64,000 nt of DNA from Mobula hypostoma (taxonomy: Eukaryota). This document shows, one piece after another, positions 1 through 13,833 of this stretch. A model generated the notes under the pieces. That model worked only from the letters and a program-made list of their open reading frames with translations, was not told the origin of the DNA and searched no databases. The stretch is taken from assembly GCF_963921235.1 (NCBI RefSeq), contig NC_086097.1, positions 230,084,001-230,148,000 of the forward strand. Direction: 5' to 3'. A program made the translations under genes and the position numbers. Position 1 is the first letter of the stretch. The number at the start of each line of letters is the position of its first letter.

Positions 1-436
1 GGGCAAAATAAGTCCTGCCATGAAGTCTTACTTCATGACAGATTTATTGTTTTATTGTTAAAGTGTGCAATTCATCATTATTTTGTAACCCATGCTGATC
101 TTAAAGACCTGCAAACAAAATTCACTTCAGCATACTGTCTCAGAACAGCCAAGAACTATTTCTAAATGATCAAGAAAAATAACTACACAACACATTTGCT
201 TCTTTTGTATAAATAAAGCATGAATTTGAGAAAGTTATCAGCACTTCGTTCTAACACACTTTCCACAAAATGTTAACACAAATTTGAAGGCGTCTCTTGA
301 ACAAAGACAAAAGCAGCAAGTAATGAAAAACTGATTGCACACAGGATTAAAGCAACTATTAAAAACTTTGAGAAAAGAAAAATCATTTAGTCAATCCATA
401 AAATGAATGAAAGATGCAGTTGAATTCTAGTCCTGA

Positions 437-761
437 GTTGTTCGTCCATCGTCGACGTCAATGAGGACCTCGACACCAGATGGTGTTGAGACTAGTGCGT
501 GGTTTGGATTTAAGTGAGGGAGAGTTGTGCAGTGTCAGCCTCACTCTCTCTTCCCAATTCCCATCTGGATCCAGTGGCAAGACAGAGTCTAGACGGATGG
601 AGATGGGACCAGGCACAGTGGATGACCAGGACATCTTCTGTGTCTTGTCCTGCTCTACACGTTCCATGACGCTTGCAGAGACCGCCTTCTTGACCGTTGG
701 ACCTTCCATTGGTCTCGTCTGCTCAATCCGCCGGAGTCTGTCTTCACATGCTGGGATAGAC
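437..761 (-). mobile_element. Unclassified CpG-rich short interspersed element
   Basis: Sharp GC/CpG-rich block within AT-rich flanks. ORFs on both strands lack recognisable homology. Confidence 0.35.
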
Positions 762-888
762 CTGTAGGATTGCTTTCCTAATGCTTGGCCAGCAGCATTC
801 TTTTAACCGTTTACTTGACATCTTGAACTGTTTATTAGACATTGCTATAATTGACTGCCAGATTTCTTTATAAAGAGACAGGTCTCAC

Positions 889-1195
889 CAATGTTCCCTC
901 TAATTTGTAATGGCCAGTGTGCGCAAAAATCTTGTGCTGTGCAATTTATCGCCCAGCGACAACAACATGTGGGCACTGAATAATCTATTCAATAAGAACA
1001 GTATAAATAAGCCAGTTCTAAAATCCGCAGACAAATCATCGCAAACTCCACGTTGTCAACACTGTCCACATCAGAAACCGGAAAAGGAAATGTGACTGAT
1101 CCTGACACATACTTAACAGGATAGAAGGCGACAACCTTTTGTGCGCAGTTTAAATTCCTTTGTGCACTGGTAGCAAAAGGTGTGAGGAAACATTG
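889..1195. mobile_element. Probable hAT-type MITE
   Basis: CAATGTTCCCTC ... GAGGAAACATTG termini with subterminal TGTGCGCA repeats. TSD not convincing. Confidence 0.55.
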
Positions 1196-1571
1196 GTACT
1201 GAGCCTGAGACGACAATTCCTCTTTATCTCTCTGCTGATGCTTTCAGACCTGCCAAGCATTTCTATCGCCTTCTTACTTTTCAAAGTTACAGACGAATAA
1301 AAAAAATGAACATACCTGTGACTACATATGAGAAAACAGTGCAATACAAATTTGAAACTCCATTATTTCCTTGTGGGTGATGGTAGCATGCTGCTTATAT
1401 ACAATAAAAAAAATCTGCTAGATCCTGTTTTGGAACTCTTTCCTAACCACATAAATGACTGCATTTTAAACATTTGCCCAAGCATTGGGGAAAAACCACA
1501 AGGGTTTCCGTGTCTACCAACAGGTGAAAGACTAGGCCCATCCGTGTTCTGGCAGTAAGTAGGGGAAGGGC

Positions 1572-2002
1572 AAAATGGAAAAAGGCCATTTGGCCCATCA
1601 AGTCTGCTCCACCATTCAATCACAGCTGATCCCTTTTTTCTCCTCCTCAGCCCCACTCCCAGGCCTTTACTCATAACCGTTGATGCCATGTCCATTCAAG
1701 AACTGATCAATTTTAGCCATAAGTACACCCAACAACCTGGCCTCCACAGCTGCCTGTGGCAACAAATTTCTCAAACTCACCACCCTCAGGCTAAAGAAAT
1801 TTCTCTGCGTTTCTGTCTGAAGTGGACAGCCCTCTTTCCTGAGGCTGTGCCCTCTTGTCCTTGACTCACCAACCACGGGGAACATCCTTTCCATGTCTAC
1901 TCTGTCTAGGCCTTTCAACATTTGAAATGTTTCGATGAGATCCCCCCTCATCCTTCTAAATTCCAGCGCGTACAGACCTGGAGCTGTCAAACTTTCCTCA
2001 TA
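1572..2002 (-). mobile_element. CR1 3' fragment
   Basis: LEFRRMRGDLIET...RTRGHSL motif plus 3' UTR. Confidence 0.85.
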
Positions 2003-2031
2003 TAAGGAAAGTGTTTTTTGCTCTTGATCGA

Positions 2032-2554
2032 CACTCAGTGGCCACAATGTACTGTACACTTGCTCGTTAATACAAATATCTAATCAGTCAATCATTTGGC
2101 AGCAACTCAATGCATAAAAGCATGCAGACATCGTCAAGAGGTTCAGTTGTTGTTCAGACCAAACATCAAAATGGGGAAGAAATGTGATCCAAGTGACTTT
2201 AACACTGGAATGATTGTTGGTGCCAGACGGGGTGGTTTGAGTATCTCAGAAACTGCTGATCTCCTGGGATTTTCGTGCACAACAGTCTCAGGATTTAGAG
2301 AATGGTGCAAAAAAAATCAAGTGAGTGGCAGTTCTGTGGGTGAAAAAGCCTTGTAAAGGAGAGAGATCAGGGGAGAACGGCCAGATTTTCAAGCTGACAG
2401 GAAAGTGACAGCAACTCAAATAACCATGCATTACAACAGAGGTGTGCAGAAGAGCATCTCCGAATGCACAACATGTTGGATCTTGAGGATGGGCCACAAC
2501 AGCAAAGGACCATGTTGAGTTCCACTCCTGCACCCAACGAACTGACCACTGAGT
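2032..2554 (+). mobile_element. Tc1-like non-autonomous element
   Basis: MGKKCDPSDFNTGMIVGARRGGLSISETADLLGFS (Tc1 paired-type HTH). Termini CACTCAGTGGCCA / TGACCACTGAGT. Confidence 0.8.
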
Positions 2555-4334
2555 ATATATCGAGGGTAGTCTTAGTATATAAAGACTATGTTGATAGCAC
2601 AGTAGATAAAGATCCCTCAGCCATATTCAAGGCAAGCAGTGTTTTGTTGACCATGGCATCAACATCTCTCAGTAAATCTACTTCATTGGCTGTTTATGGG
2701 AAATTCTGTGGTGCAAAATGACAAAATGCATTTTGCAAGGGCTCATGGGTGAGACATTAGGCACAATCTCATAGTAGTTTTAAATAGATACTTCCTATCT
2801 TAGCTTAAATATATCAATAGAAATAAGGCATCTATGTTATTTGTAGCCCTGCCTATTGCACCAACTTGTCAGCTGACAAATGTAGACAAAATTCTTAGTC
2901 ATAGGAAAGTATAGAACAGAAACAGGCCCTTTGGCCCATCTAGTCCATGCCAAACCATTTAAACTGCCTACTCCCATTGGCCATATTATCACTTTGTATG
3001 TCTTAGACCATTAAAAATTATTTATAATCAATGCATAAAGATGTCAATAGCTTTGACTGTTCATCTGAAAGGATTTTGACAATAAAATACAAAATAGTTA
3101 TTAAATGGTTAATAGCATACTACTTCAATAGATGAGTGCACTTTTCTCACTCACTGCAAATAGAGAAAGAGAATTCTTTCCATTAGTTATAACTAATTCC
3201 ATTTTCAAAATCAACAGAGTAGCTGAGTACATTGTAATCATACACACAAGCATTACAATATTATTTCAGATGAAGTTCACATCCAGCATGTATTTGTGCT
3301 CCTGTTAGCAGTATAACAACACTAAAATGCAGTCTTCCCTCTTATAAAGCTATGCCTTCTCATTCACCCTGTGGTTTTGAACAGAGATGGAAGAAATACT
3401 CTAATAATTCATCACCTCTGGTTTAAATACTATCTGATGCTGCAGCTGGTAATTTCAGTCAATAGCTGAACCGACACCGCTGGGCTGGGCAAGACTGGAT
3501 GCAATAAATATGACCTCCTCACATGACCCCTCTTACACTTAACAGATTTTGAAAAGATTTTATGGATGCATCAACAATTTAAGATAATTTGCGCGTTGTC
3601 AGAATTGCTCAACCTGTCAGTCACCAGCAATTATGAATTATTGGGAATTTGATGTAGCCAACCTCATTTTTGATTTGCAAGCATAAATGAACAATGGATT
3701 CTAGGGTTTTTTATCTCCCCTCCTTCCCTCTTTTTCAATTGCCATTCTAGATCCCCTCTTATCCCTTCTCTTCACCAGCCCAACACTTCCCTTGGTGTTC
3801 CCCCTCCTTTTTCACCCAGGATCCTCTGTCCTCTCCTATCAGATCCCTCCTTCTTCAGTCCTTTCCCTCTTCCATCTATCACCTCCCCACTTCCCAGTTC
3901 ACTCCCCCTCCCCAACCACCCATCTTCCTCCTCACCTGGTTTTACCTATCACCTACACAAAATGCTGGAGGAACTCAACAGGCCAGGCAGCTTCTATGGA
4001 AAGAGTTACAGAATACATGTGGACTAAGATGTTAACTGTCCTGTGCTATCACCAGTGGGTTCATCAGTTGATCTGCCACCTGTCTTCAGGAGTTTCAGCC
4101 CACTTATGATCAAGACTCCCTCAAGGTGGTGGGCCAGCAGTACTAAAGCACCACCTCCCACTGGTGAGCTTAAAAACTTGGCATCTGCCTCTATCAGTCA
4201 CTTCCATCCAACAGATAGCCTGCTCTTCAGGTGTCTATGCAACTACTGAAGGGTTTGCAAAAGATGTATACACTGTCTGACTATCTGCCCCTCTGGACAT
4301 ACTTGGTCCATACCCATGCTGATCCTTTCTCTGC

Positions 4335-5200
4335 TACAGTCGACGGTTTGGGCCGAGAACCTTCAGCAGGACCTGGGAAAAAGAAAAGAGATGAGGAGCA
4401 GAGTTAAAAGGTGGAGGGAGGGGAGGGAGAAACACAAGGCAATAGGTGAAACTGGGGGCGGGGGATGAAGTTAAGAGCTGGGAAGTTGATTGGTGAAAGA
4501 GATAAAGGGCTGGAGAAGGGGGAATCAATAGAAGAGGACAGAAGGCCATGGAAGAAAGAAAAGGGGGAGGAGCACCAGAGGGAGGCAATGGGCAGGCAAG
4601 GAGATAAGGTGAGAGAGGGAAAAGGGGATGGGAAATGGAGAAGGGGTGGGGGCATCACCAGAAGTTTGAGAAATCGATATTCATGCCATTAGGTTGGAGG
4701 CTACCCAGATGGAATATAAGGTGTTGTTCCTCCAGACTGTGTGCGGCCTTATCGTGACAGTGGAGGCGGCCATGGATGGATATATCGGAATGGGAATGGG
4801 AAGTAGAATTAAAATGAATGGTCACTGAGATAATCCAATTTTTCTGGCGAACAGAGCGTAGGTGCCCCAACAGATGAGTCATACACTGTGTCTGGTGCTC
4901 CCAGTGTGGCTTCCTGTATATTGGTGAGACCCGAAGATTGGGTGACTGGTTCGCTGTGCACCAACTTGCTCTAATCAACTTCCCAGCTCTTTACTTCACC
5001 TCTCCCCCTCCCGGTTTCACCTATCACCTTGTGTTTCCCCTCCTCTTCCCCCAACTATCTCTTAACTCTACGCATCTTTTTTTCTTCAGTCCTGCTGAAG
5101 GGTCTCAGCCCGAAATGCCGACTGTACTCTTTTCCACAGTTGCTGCCTGGCCTGCCGAGTTCCTCCAGCATTTTGTGTGTGTTGCTCGGATTTCCACCTC
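4335..5200. mobile_element. Penelope-like inverted pair with degenerate hammerheads
   Basis: Minus part (~4335-4865) encodes LEEQHLIFHLGSLQPNGMNIDFSNF. Plus part (~4870-5200) has VIHCVWCSQCGFLYIGETRRLG followed by the 3' end. Hammerhead cores are mutated (CUGCUGA). Confidence 0.75.
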
Positions 5201-7099
5201 TTGTTTGTGATTGGCTCACCCATCACCTGCCAGCTTGTACTCCAGGCCCCTCTCTCCACCTTCTCCCTTCCTTTCCAGATTGGATGTAGGATACATCTAT
5301 TGTTTATTCCTCTCTATACTTGCTGAGATCCCCTGGTATTCTGTGTGTGTTGCTCTAGATTTGCAGCATCTGCAAAATCTCTTGTGCATTTGATCTCTAA
5401 CCCAGTACAATTTACATAAATGAAAAGTTAACCACATTGGCAGGAAGAACAGAAAATATCTTAAATGAAAAGACAACGTTGAAAGCTGCTGTACAGAGAT
5501 CCTCAAAATAGTCATTGTGGTATAACATGTAACGAGGAATACAAATAGTATGCGTTTATTGCAGCAGAATCCGAATCAGGTTTAATATCACTGGCATACG
5601 TCATCTACTTTGTTGCCTTGTGACAGCAGGACATAATCATAAAAAAACTATAAATTATAGTAAGAAATGTATTTTAAATTAAAATAAATAGAGCAAAAAG
5701 AGAGCAAAGTAATAAATATTGAGGCAGTGTACATGTGTTCATTGTCCATTCAGAAAATATTACAGTGGAGGGGAAGAAGCTATGACTAAAACACTGAGTG
5801 TGTCTTCAGGCTCCTGTACCTCCTTGATGGTAGCAATGAGAAGAGAGGATATCCTGAGTGATGGATGCTGCCTTGTTGAGGCATCACTTTTTGTTGAAGA
5901 TGTCCTACATGCTAGGGAGACTAATACCTATGAGGGAGCTGACTGAGTTCACAACTTTCTACAGCTTTTTCTGATTGTTTTTCTGATTCTCCATACCAGA
6001 CGGTGATGCAACCAGTTAGAATGCTCTCCAAGGTGCATTTGTCCACCAGGAGATCGACCTGACTATGAATTTGGTACAGCTCTCATTCTCAATTGACAAG
6101 ATTACCAGTAAAAATACATTCTGACAACCCAGTGGTAGCTACAGGAAGGCAGTTGAATAACAAGTTCAAGTACACAGAAGTAGAAATGGAAATCTCGCTT
6201 GCCCTTCTTCAAACTCACTCAACTTATTTCCAGGTCGGCAGATGGAGATCAGCTTTAGTGTTGGATCAGAGAAAAGACACTACAAGCAGCACAGCAAAGC
6301 AGGACTGCATTGGAAGCATAAGGGGTAGATTTTAACTGTAGATTGGGATTTGAACCAACTAACTTCAAGACATGAATACTACAACTAATTTGAGGCCAAC
6401 AGCTATATCATATCTTGCATGTAAGAGCACTATGGATGTATTGCATAGGCCTAAGGTGGACTTCAGGTTAAACTATAGATATGGTTCCCATTGATAATCC
6501 ATAATTTCATTAGAAATAGATATCACACAGGACCTTCACAGTACAAATGTATGCTCATAAGTGAACAATGACATCTCAATGCCGTTTGCCTTGCTTCCTG
6601 CTGGTATTTTCGACACATAACAATATGTACACTCCCATTTCTCCACTCTGATAGAAAGTCATTGAAGCAGTTAGATCTTTTGGCTAGGATCCTGCCTTGA
6701 AGACATCTAGCAGCAATGCCTTGGTACTAGATTTACTGACAACAAAGTGCAAAAAATCTGGAGGGTTTAATCTTTAACATATATCATTGTCAATTTTACG
6801 ATGGAACTTGATGCTAAGCTCTGCCAAATACTGTCCTGAAGTCAAGGGCAGTCATAACCCCCTCACTTCTGGTGTTCAGCTTCTCGGTTCATGCTTGAAC
6901 CAAGATCAATGAGCTCTGGAGCTTTGTGATTTTGGTGAATTGATTATTGGGGAGCAATTGCCATCAATATTGGCTTTCATCATGTTACTGAGTGTACAAT
7001 GATTAGACAGATTAAATTTGCTCCCCCTGCCAACATAGCACCAGAATCCACACTTTTAGCTACGAGTTGCATTACTGCAGTGACAGTCAGAAAAGGACA

Positions 7100-7625
7100 G
7101 CGCAGAAACAGGCCATTTGGCCCATCTAGCCCATGCCGAACCATTTAAACTGCTTAGTCCCATCTACCTGCACTGGGACATTGGATGTTCATCCCACTAT
7201 CGTCCCTGTAACTATCCAAACATTGAAATCAAGCTTGCAAGCACCACTTGCACTGACAGCTCACTCCACACTCTCACGACCCTCTGAGTAAAGAAGTTTC
7301 TCCTCATGTTCCCCTTAAAACTTCTCACCTTGCACCCTTAACCCACGACCTCTAGTTCTTGTCTTACCCAACCACAGCGGAAAAAGCCTGCTTGCATTTA
7401 CCCTGTCTATACCCCTCACAATTTTGTATACCTCTATCAAATCTTCTCTCAGTCTTCTACACTCCATGAAATAAAGTCCTAACCTATTCAATCTTTCCTT
7501 CCAGCAATATCCTTGTAAATTTTCTCTGTACTCTTTCAAACTTGTTCACAACTTTCCTGTAATTATGTGACCAAAACTGTACACAATATTCCAAATTAGG
7601 CTTCACCAATGTCTTATACAACTTC
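7100..7625 (-). mobile_element. CR1 3' fragment
   Basis: LYKTLVKPNLEYCVQFWS and RRLREDLIEVYK. Confidence 0.85.
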
Positions 7626-8408
7626 AGAGTCCCAGAGCCTTCCTCCACCTTCTCTACCCCCCAATCACATTTTTTCATTTTGAACCACTTTCCTGATCAC
7701 TTGCCACATTATCATTAACACTGGGTTTAAGCTGAAGCTATCAGGGATTTCATGGGCTCCATCTGGGGCCTAAAATGACAAGAGTTTTCCATAGTGCATG
7801 GTTACACAAGTTTGCTATTCTTTTGATGTTGCATCTGTGGCCCAAAATTTACATGATATGTTGGGCACATCCATAATTATAAAACATTTAAAGCCATCAT
7901 TCTGAATTTTCAGCCAGAGCAAATGATAAAACTCTAATATGGAAAATAGGTGGAACTGCAGAAAGATGAAATTCCCATTAAATAAAATTAAATATTAAAT
8001 AAAGTTGAGTACCCAAATTGTAAAAACACAAAAACACAAGAGTATCAGCAACTTTAAACATGCCTAAAAATAATACCAAATATAAAGTTCAGAAACACTT
8101 AAATTCAAACCATGTCACCACCAACTTCTTTCACTTCCAGTTTCTCCTTTCACAAGACTCTAGGCTAGGATATCAATAATCTCACAACATTTCATGCAAG
8201 AACAATCTGACTCAAGAGTCACACTGGCCCCAATTTGCAACTAACCCAATGCTATGCAGAACTTCTATACATCTCATGAGCAGCAGCAGTTGACTATAGT
8301 TTTGTTTAATCTTGTAATGATTTTATCTCTCTCTCTCATTTATCACTCACGTATCATGAAATTTCTTTGCTTTGCAGCAAGCAGTACAGTGCAACACAAA
8401 ATTATTAC

Positions 8409-8456
8409 AGTACTGTGCAAAAGTCTTGGGCTCCTGAGCTTTTGCACAGCACTGTA
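8409..8456. mobile_element. Tiny Tc1/mariner-type TIR-only MITE
   Basis: TA-CAGTACTGTGCAAAAG...CTTTTGCACAGCACTG-TA. The same TIR occurs at 13326-13408 and ~13810-13833. Confidence 0.65.
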
Positions 8457-8978
8457 TTAAGGAAATTTAATTCAGACACTCACTTTAGTACTTGTTATAG
8501 AGCAGTCTCACGTTCCAACATGTTCAGAGAATTAATTCATTATAATTTTAAAAGCTACTTTCCTTATCGTTTCACCATAAAACCTGGCAAAATTTTAAGG
8601 GAACAAACATCTGGAGTTTAGACCACTATATATAAATGACTACTTTTACATATAAATATAGAAGAGGTTCTGGGTCCATGCCACAAATCATGGCTCTAAA
8701 AAAATGTTGAAAATGTGTACAGTGAGATAACAATATGGCCCAACTACAGGACATCATTCTTTTCCTAGCCCAATTGAGTTTGTTGTTTTACAAAGCTTGG
8801 GGTGTGACAACTTTTTGTAATTTGTTAATCAATACAAATCAATATAAAGGAAAATAACAATCCTGGCCACAGTTTTCTACATTTTGCAAATTTCAAGCTA
8901 TACTTCAGAGTTTATCAAACATGGAAGGAATTCTGCTACTGAAACCTAGGGACAATTCTGTTTACTATCCTTTGGGTG

Positions 8979-9303
8979 TGTAAAAAAAAAAGAAAAGGGT
9001 CCATTTTAATGAAACAGTCTCACGTGCACAAGTTGGAGCTCACAGCTGATCCTCCTTCCATCTCCCTGGGTTTTGTCAGGTCAGGTTGAGTCCTACGACC
9101 TCTTCTCCCCGGCGTCTTTCCCTTCATCTCCCACCAAACCAAAGATCCAGTTCACGCCGGTATCAGGCACACAACACGAAAACACACTCCTTTCATTGTA
9201 CTGCTCACATTCCAAAGCACTTGTTACCTCTAACCATAACCCAAACACTGCTTCTACAGAAAGACCATTACATTAGCAGTGACACCTTTCCCTGGGTGTT
9301 ACA
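8979..9303 (-). mobile_element. Solo LTR (Gypsy-like)
   Basis: TG...CA ends (TGTAA/TTACA), 4-bp TSD GGTG at 8975-8978 and 9304-9307, and ATTAAA near the minus-strand 3' end. Confidence 0.65.
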
Positions 9304-10284
9304 GGTGCTTCATGAAAATTGAAGATAATTGAATAAAGATGACACTTTCAAAAATGTATCTAATCACCAACTACCACATTTTTATACCGTTCTTCTCTAC
9401 CGCTTCATTGAAATATATAATGAAGCTTATCAAACACTTTAACTTTAGTAGATTAGATTAACTGGCTTCCCTGATCAGTTAACACTTCATCAAGTAACAC
9501 ACACAACATGCCGGAGGAACTCAGCAGGCCAGGCAGCATCTATGAAAATGAATAAACAGTCAACAGTTTCAGCCGAAGCACTTCTTTAAGACTGGAACGG
9601 AAGGGGGAAGATGCCAGAATAAAAGGGTGGGAGGAGAGGAAGGAGGGCAAGCTAGAAGGTGATAGGTTGAGCCAGGTTGGTGAGAAAGGTAAAGGGCTGG
9701 AGAAGACGGAATCTGACAGGAGAGGAGATTGGACCATAGGGGAAGGGAAGGAGGAGAGGCACCGGGGGAGGTGGCTTGTGGCTTATGGCTTATTTTACCT
9801 CAATGTTCCTTTCATTTATTAACCTCATATCAAGCCAGTAACCGCTCCCCTATACCCACATCCTTTGCTTTTCTTCATTGTTGCGGCCCTTTCACCTTTC
9901 TTGTCTCCTCCCTCAACTTGCCCATCACATTCCCCTTTATCCCATGGTCTACTGTCCTTTCCTATCAGCCTTTACTTCTTCCACCCATCAGCTCCTAGTT
10001 TCTCACCTTATTCCCACTCTCCCATCCCCTCATGTCCCTGCTTGTGCTCCTCTCCCGCCTCCAACCTTCCGACTCTGGCTTCTGCCCCCTTCCTTTCCAG
10101 TCCTGATGAAGGATCTCATTACCCTCCATAAACGCTGCCTGACTGCTGAGTTCCTCTAGTACTTTGTGTCAATTAACTTTATGAATCTCCAATGCCACCA
10201 TATTCTTTTTCCAATAAAAAGGGATCAAAATTGTGGCCAGTAATCCACGTGATGACCAACAGCTCAGAGGGCAAAGGTCGTACT

Positions 10285-11525
10285 GGTATATCAACCCCTG
10301 CCTGGGGAGTTACGTGGATCCGCTTCAGTCTGCCTCCCATCACAAAAGGTCAACAGCAGATGTCATTTCATTGGCTTTTCACTCAACCCTGGAACACCTG
10401 GACAATGAAGATGCATACATCAGGACGTTCTTCATTGACTACAGCTCTACATTCAACACTATCATCCATTCAAACTAATCAATAATCTCCAGGACGCAGG
10501 CCTCAATACCTCCTTGTGCAACTGGATCCCCTATTTCCTCACTTTCAGGCCCCAGTCAGTCTGGATTGGCGACAACATCTCCTCCACAATCTCCATCAGC
10601 ACAGGTGAACTGCAAGGCTGCGTGTGACCACTGTTCTACTAGTTTTACACTTATGACTGTGAGGCCAAGTATCGCTCCAATGCCATATTTAAGTTAGCAG
10701 AAAACACCACTGTTAATGGCCAAGTCAAAGGTGGTGATGAATCAGCATACAGGAGGGAGACTGAAAATCTGGCTGACTGGTGCCACAACAACTTCTCACT
10801 CAATGTCAGCGAGACCAAGGAGCTGACTTTTGGAGGAAACCAAAGGTTCACGAGTCAGTGGGGGAAGAGGGTCAGTAACTTTAAATTCCTTGGCATTATC
10901 ATATCAAAGGATCTGTCCTGGGACTAACACATAAATGCCATTACAAAGGTGGCAGACCAGAGCCTCTACTTTAGAAGTTTGCGAAGATTCAGCATGTCAT
11001 CCAAAACTTCGACAAACTTCTATAGCTGCATGGTGAAGAGTATACGGACTGGCTGCATCGCAGCCTGGTATGGAAACACCAATGCCTTTGAACAGGAAAG
11101 CCTACAAAAAGTAGTGGATACAGCCCAGTCCATCACAGGTATCGCCCTTCCCAGCACTGAGCACATATAAAAGGGGCAAAGTCGCAGGAAAGCAGAATCC
11201 ATCAAGGATCTCCATCAACAAGGCCATGTTCTCTTTTTGCTGCTGCCATCATGGAGGTACAGCAACCTCAGGTCCCACACCACCAGAAAAATTATTACCC
11301 TTCAAACATCAGGCTCTTTACCAGAGAGAATAATTTCACTCACCCCTATACAGAACTAATTTCACAATCTATAGACTCACTTTCAAGGACTCCACAACAC
11401 ATGTTCTTAAATTTTTTTTGTCTTTGCACAATTTGTTGTCTTTGGCACATTGGTTGTTTGTCTGTCTTTGTGTACGGTTTTTCAATGATGCTATTGTGTT
11501 TCTTTGTATTTACTGTGGATGTGTA
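10285..11525 (+). mobile_element. Rex1/Babar-type LINE 3' portion
   Basis: DPLQSA...RSTADVISLAFHSTLEHLD...[11 protein letters not shown] and GCIAAWYGN...LQKVVDTAQSITG. Confidence 0.8.
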
Positions 11526-13325
11526 CAGTACAACACCAATATTTTAATTTTTATGGAATATGAACAGGGATTCCATCAATAGGTACATTTAATGGCAGAG
11601 AAATATATACAATATACATTGTGAAGGAGAGCCCCAAAGAATGAATGACAGTTAAAATGTTAGAACCCCGAAGCACCCCCCCCACAGCTCCCCCCTCCCA
11701 CACACAAGCAGCAGCAAGGCAACGACCTCACCCCCACCACAAGCAAAACAAAAGCACCCTCCACTGAGTGCTCAGCATGCAGCAAAGTGTCAATAAAGGC
11801 ACAGACTTGTAATACCCCGAAGATTACTCGTTCACCAGGTAATTTGACATACAAGCTCTCTCTCTCCCCCCCCCCCCAAATAAGGGAAAAAGAGGCGTCC
11901 CCATTTAATTGAGTACCAATTCTGTCATGAAAAATATGCAGTAACACTCACCAAATGCTGGAAGAACTCAGCAGGTCAGGCAGCAGTTATGGAGAGGAAT
12001 AAAGACCCGATGCTTCTGGCAGAGACTCTTCATCAGGGTTAGTGTGTGTTACTTTGGATTTCCATCATCTGCGGAATCTCATGTTTATGTAAAACATGGA
12101 ATTCTTGTTTAAAAAAAGAATAGAATATCATTAGATGAAATGCTAATGTATATCTAACATTGATTCCATGAAGAAATTGTTACTTTACCCATCTTAGTGA
12201 ATTTTAATAGATTAGACAATGTTATTAATGGTACATGCAAATTATTTACATTTTTGAACACCTTCAATAAACCAGTTCAAATTAGACTGATGAAATACTC
12301 TACAGAATGCAGAACGGAGGGATTTGCTGCAGAATTAATTGCTGGCTGGCTTTAGGATAGAAAAGTGGGCAAGGAAAATTAGGCAGATGTTCACGATAGG
12401 TAGCTGTCCTCCACAAGGATCAGTTCTGGGACATCTGCTGCTCTTGATAGCCGATTAATAGCAGAGTCTTTAAAAAAAAAACACGATTTCTAGAGGAATA
12501 GAATTGCAAAGTAGCTAGATTATCCTCAATCAATATTAAACCCTGGTTAGAAATCATTTGGAGTACTCCAGATCACTCTCATCATTGCATCCAATGAGAG
12601 ATGTATTAAGGCACTCGAATGTAGAATAGATTTAGAAGGATTACACAAGAAATGCAATGGTATACATGCACCATACAGAACAAGCAAACTCGGTTTCTTT
12701 ACTCAGAAAGTGGACTGTCCAATCGAGGTCTTTAAAATTATGCAAGATTTTGATTCAGCGGCTGTAGAGAAAATAGTGGCAAAGCAAGTCACAGAACTCA
12801 AAACAAAATACCCTCCAGGAGAATAGAGAGTGAAGTGGAAATGGACAGTATAGATACATTTAAAGGGAGACAGGATAACTATTTCGAGTGAGAAGGGAAT
12901 TGACAGCTCACTATTGGATGTACGCAGGAAAGGCCTAAGAGGAACATCGGCTGGTTGTGACCAAATGGTCAGCTATTGTGTTATATGTAATGCAAATCTG
13001 AACTTTAACATCTGAATCGTGATCATTTTGAATGTTACTCTACTATCTATAGAACAATGAAATTGAAGAAATACCTTTTCATTGATTCAAGTATAGACTA
13101 TACATATTTTACGACTTCATGGAAAGCAAGAGCGGGATTAACTAAGCAGAGTCATATCTCACTACACAGTAAACTAACCAACATCCACTGTGGGTTTTGT
13201 GGTATCAGTCAAGGAATAATCATTGGCCAGAGAGAACGTTCTTGTTCTCCATTGTTACTCCTGTGATTGATAGCATGAATGCGAGGACAGGGTATTGGCA
13301 TGCCATCTGAAGTAAGTGCACAGTA

Positions 13326-13833
13326 CGGTATTGTACAAAAGTCTTGAGCACATATACATATGCACATACAGATAGCTGGGTGCCCAAGACTTTTGCACAG
13401 TACTGTAGTTGTCAATGTGGGGAAGAGTGAGTTTGTAAATTTGGCGGGAGCAAAGGAAGTTTGGAATGGCAAGGGTGGAGCGCTGTGGGACAGGTGGCAG
13501 AAAAGGTGTGCCATGGTGGGGGGGGGGGTAGTAGTGGGGGAATGGTACAGGTACAGACACACCCACCCGAGACACCAGGCAAGGTCATTTGATTCCAAAC
13601 AATTAGTTTGCTGATCATCACAGAATATCTCCCTGGTGCTTCCCACTCCCTCCGCTCTCCCTTCCCCATTTCCCAACCATGATTTCCCTCTCCCCTTCCA
13701 CTCTCAGTCCACAACGGAGACCCAGATCAGAATCAGGCTCATCATCACTCACATACATCACGAAATTAGGTTTATTTTTGCTTTAGCTATATAGATATAT
13801 ATTTATACACCCAAGACATTTGCACAGTACTGT
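13326..13833. mobile_element. Tc1/mariner-type MITE composite
   Basis: TIR pair at 13326-13408 and an additional right-type TIR (GACATTTGCACAGTACTGTA) at ~13810-13833. Confidence 0.55.

Noticed and set aside
2590..2770. Minus-strand terminal exon (NEVDLLRDVDAMV...)
   Set aside because: The plus strand resembles a decayed Deu-domain SINE; no support for coding.
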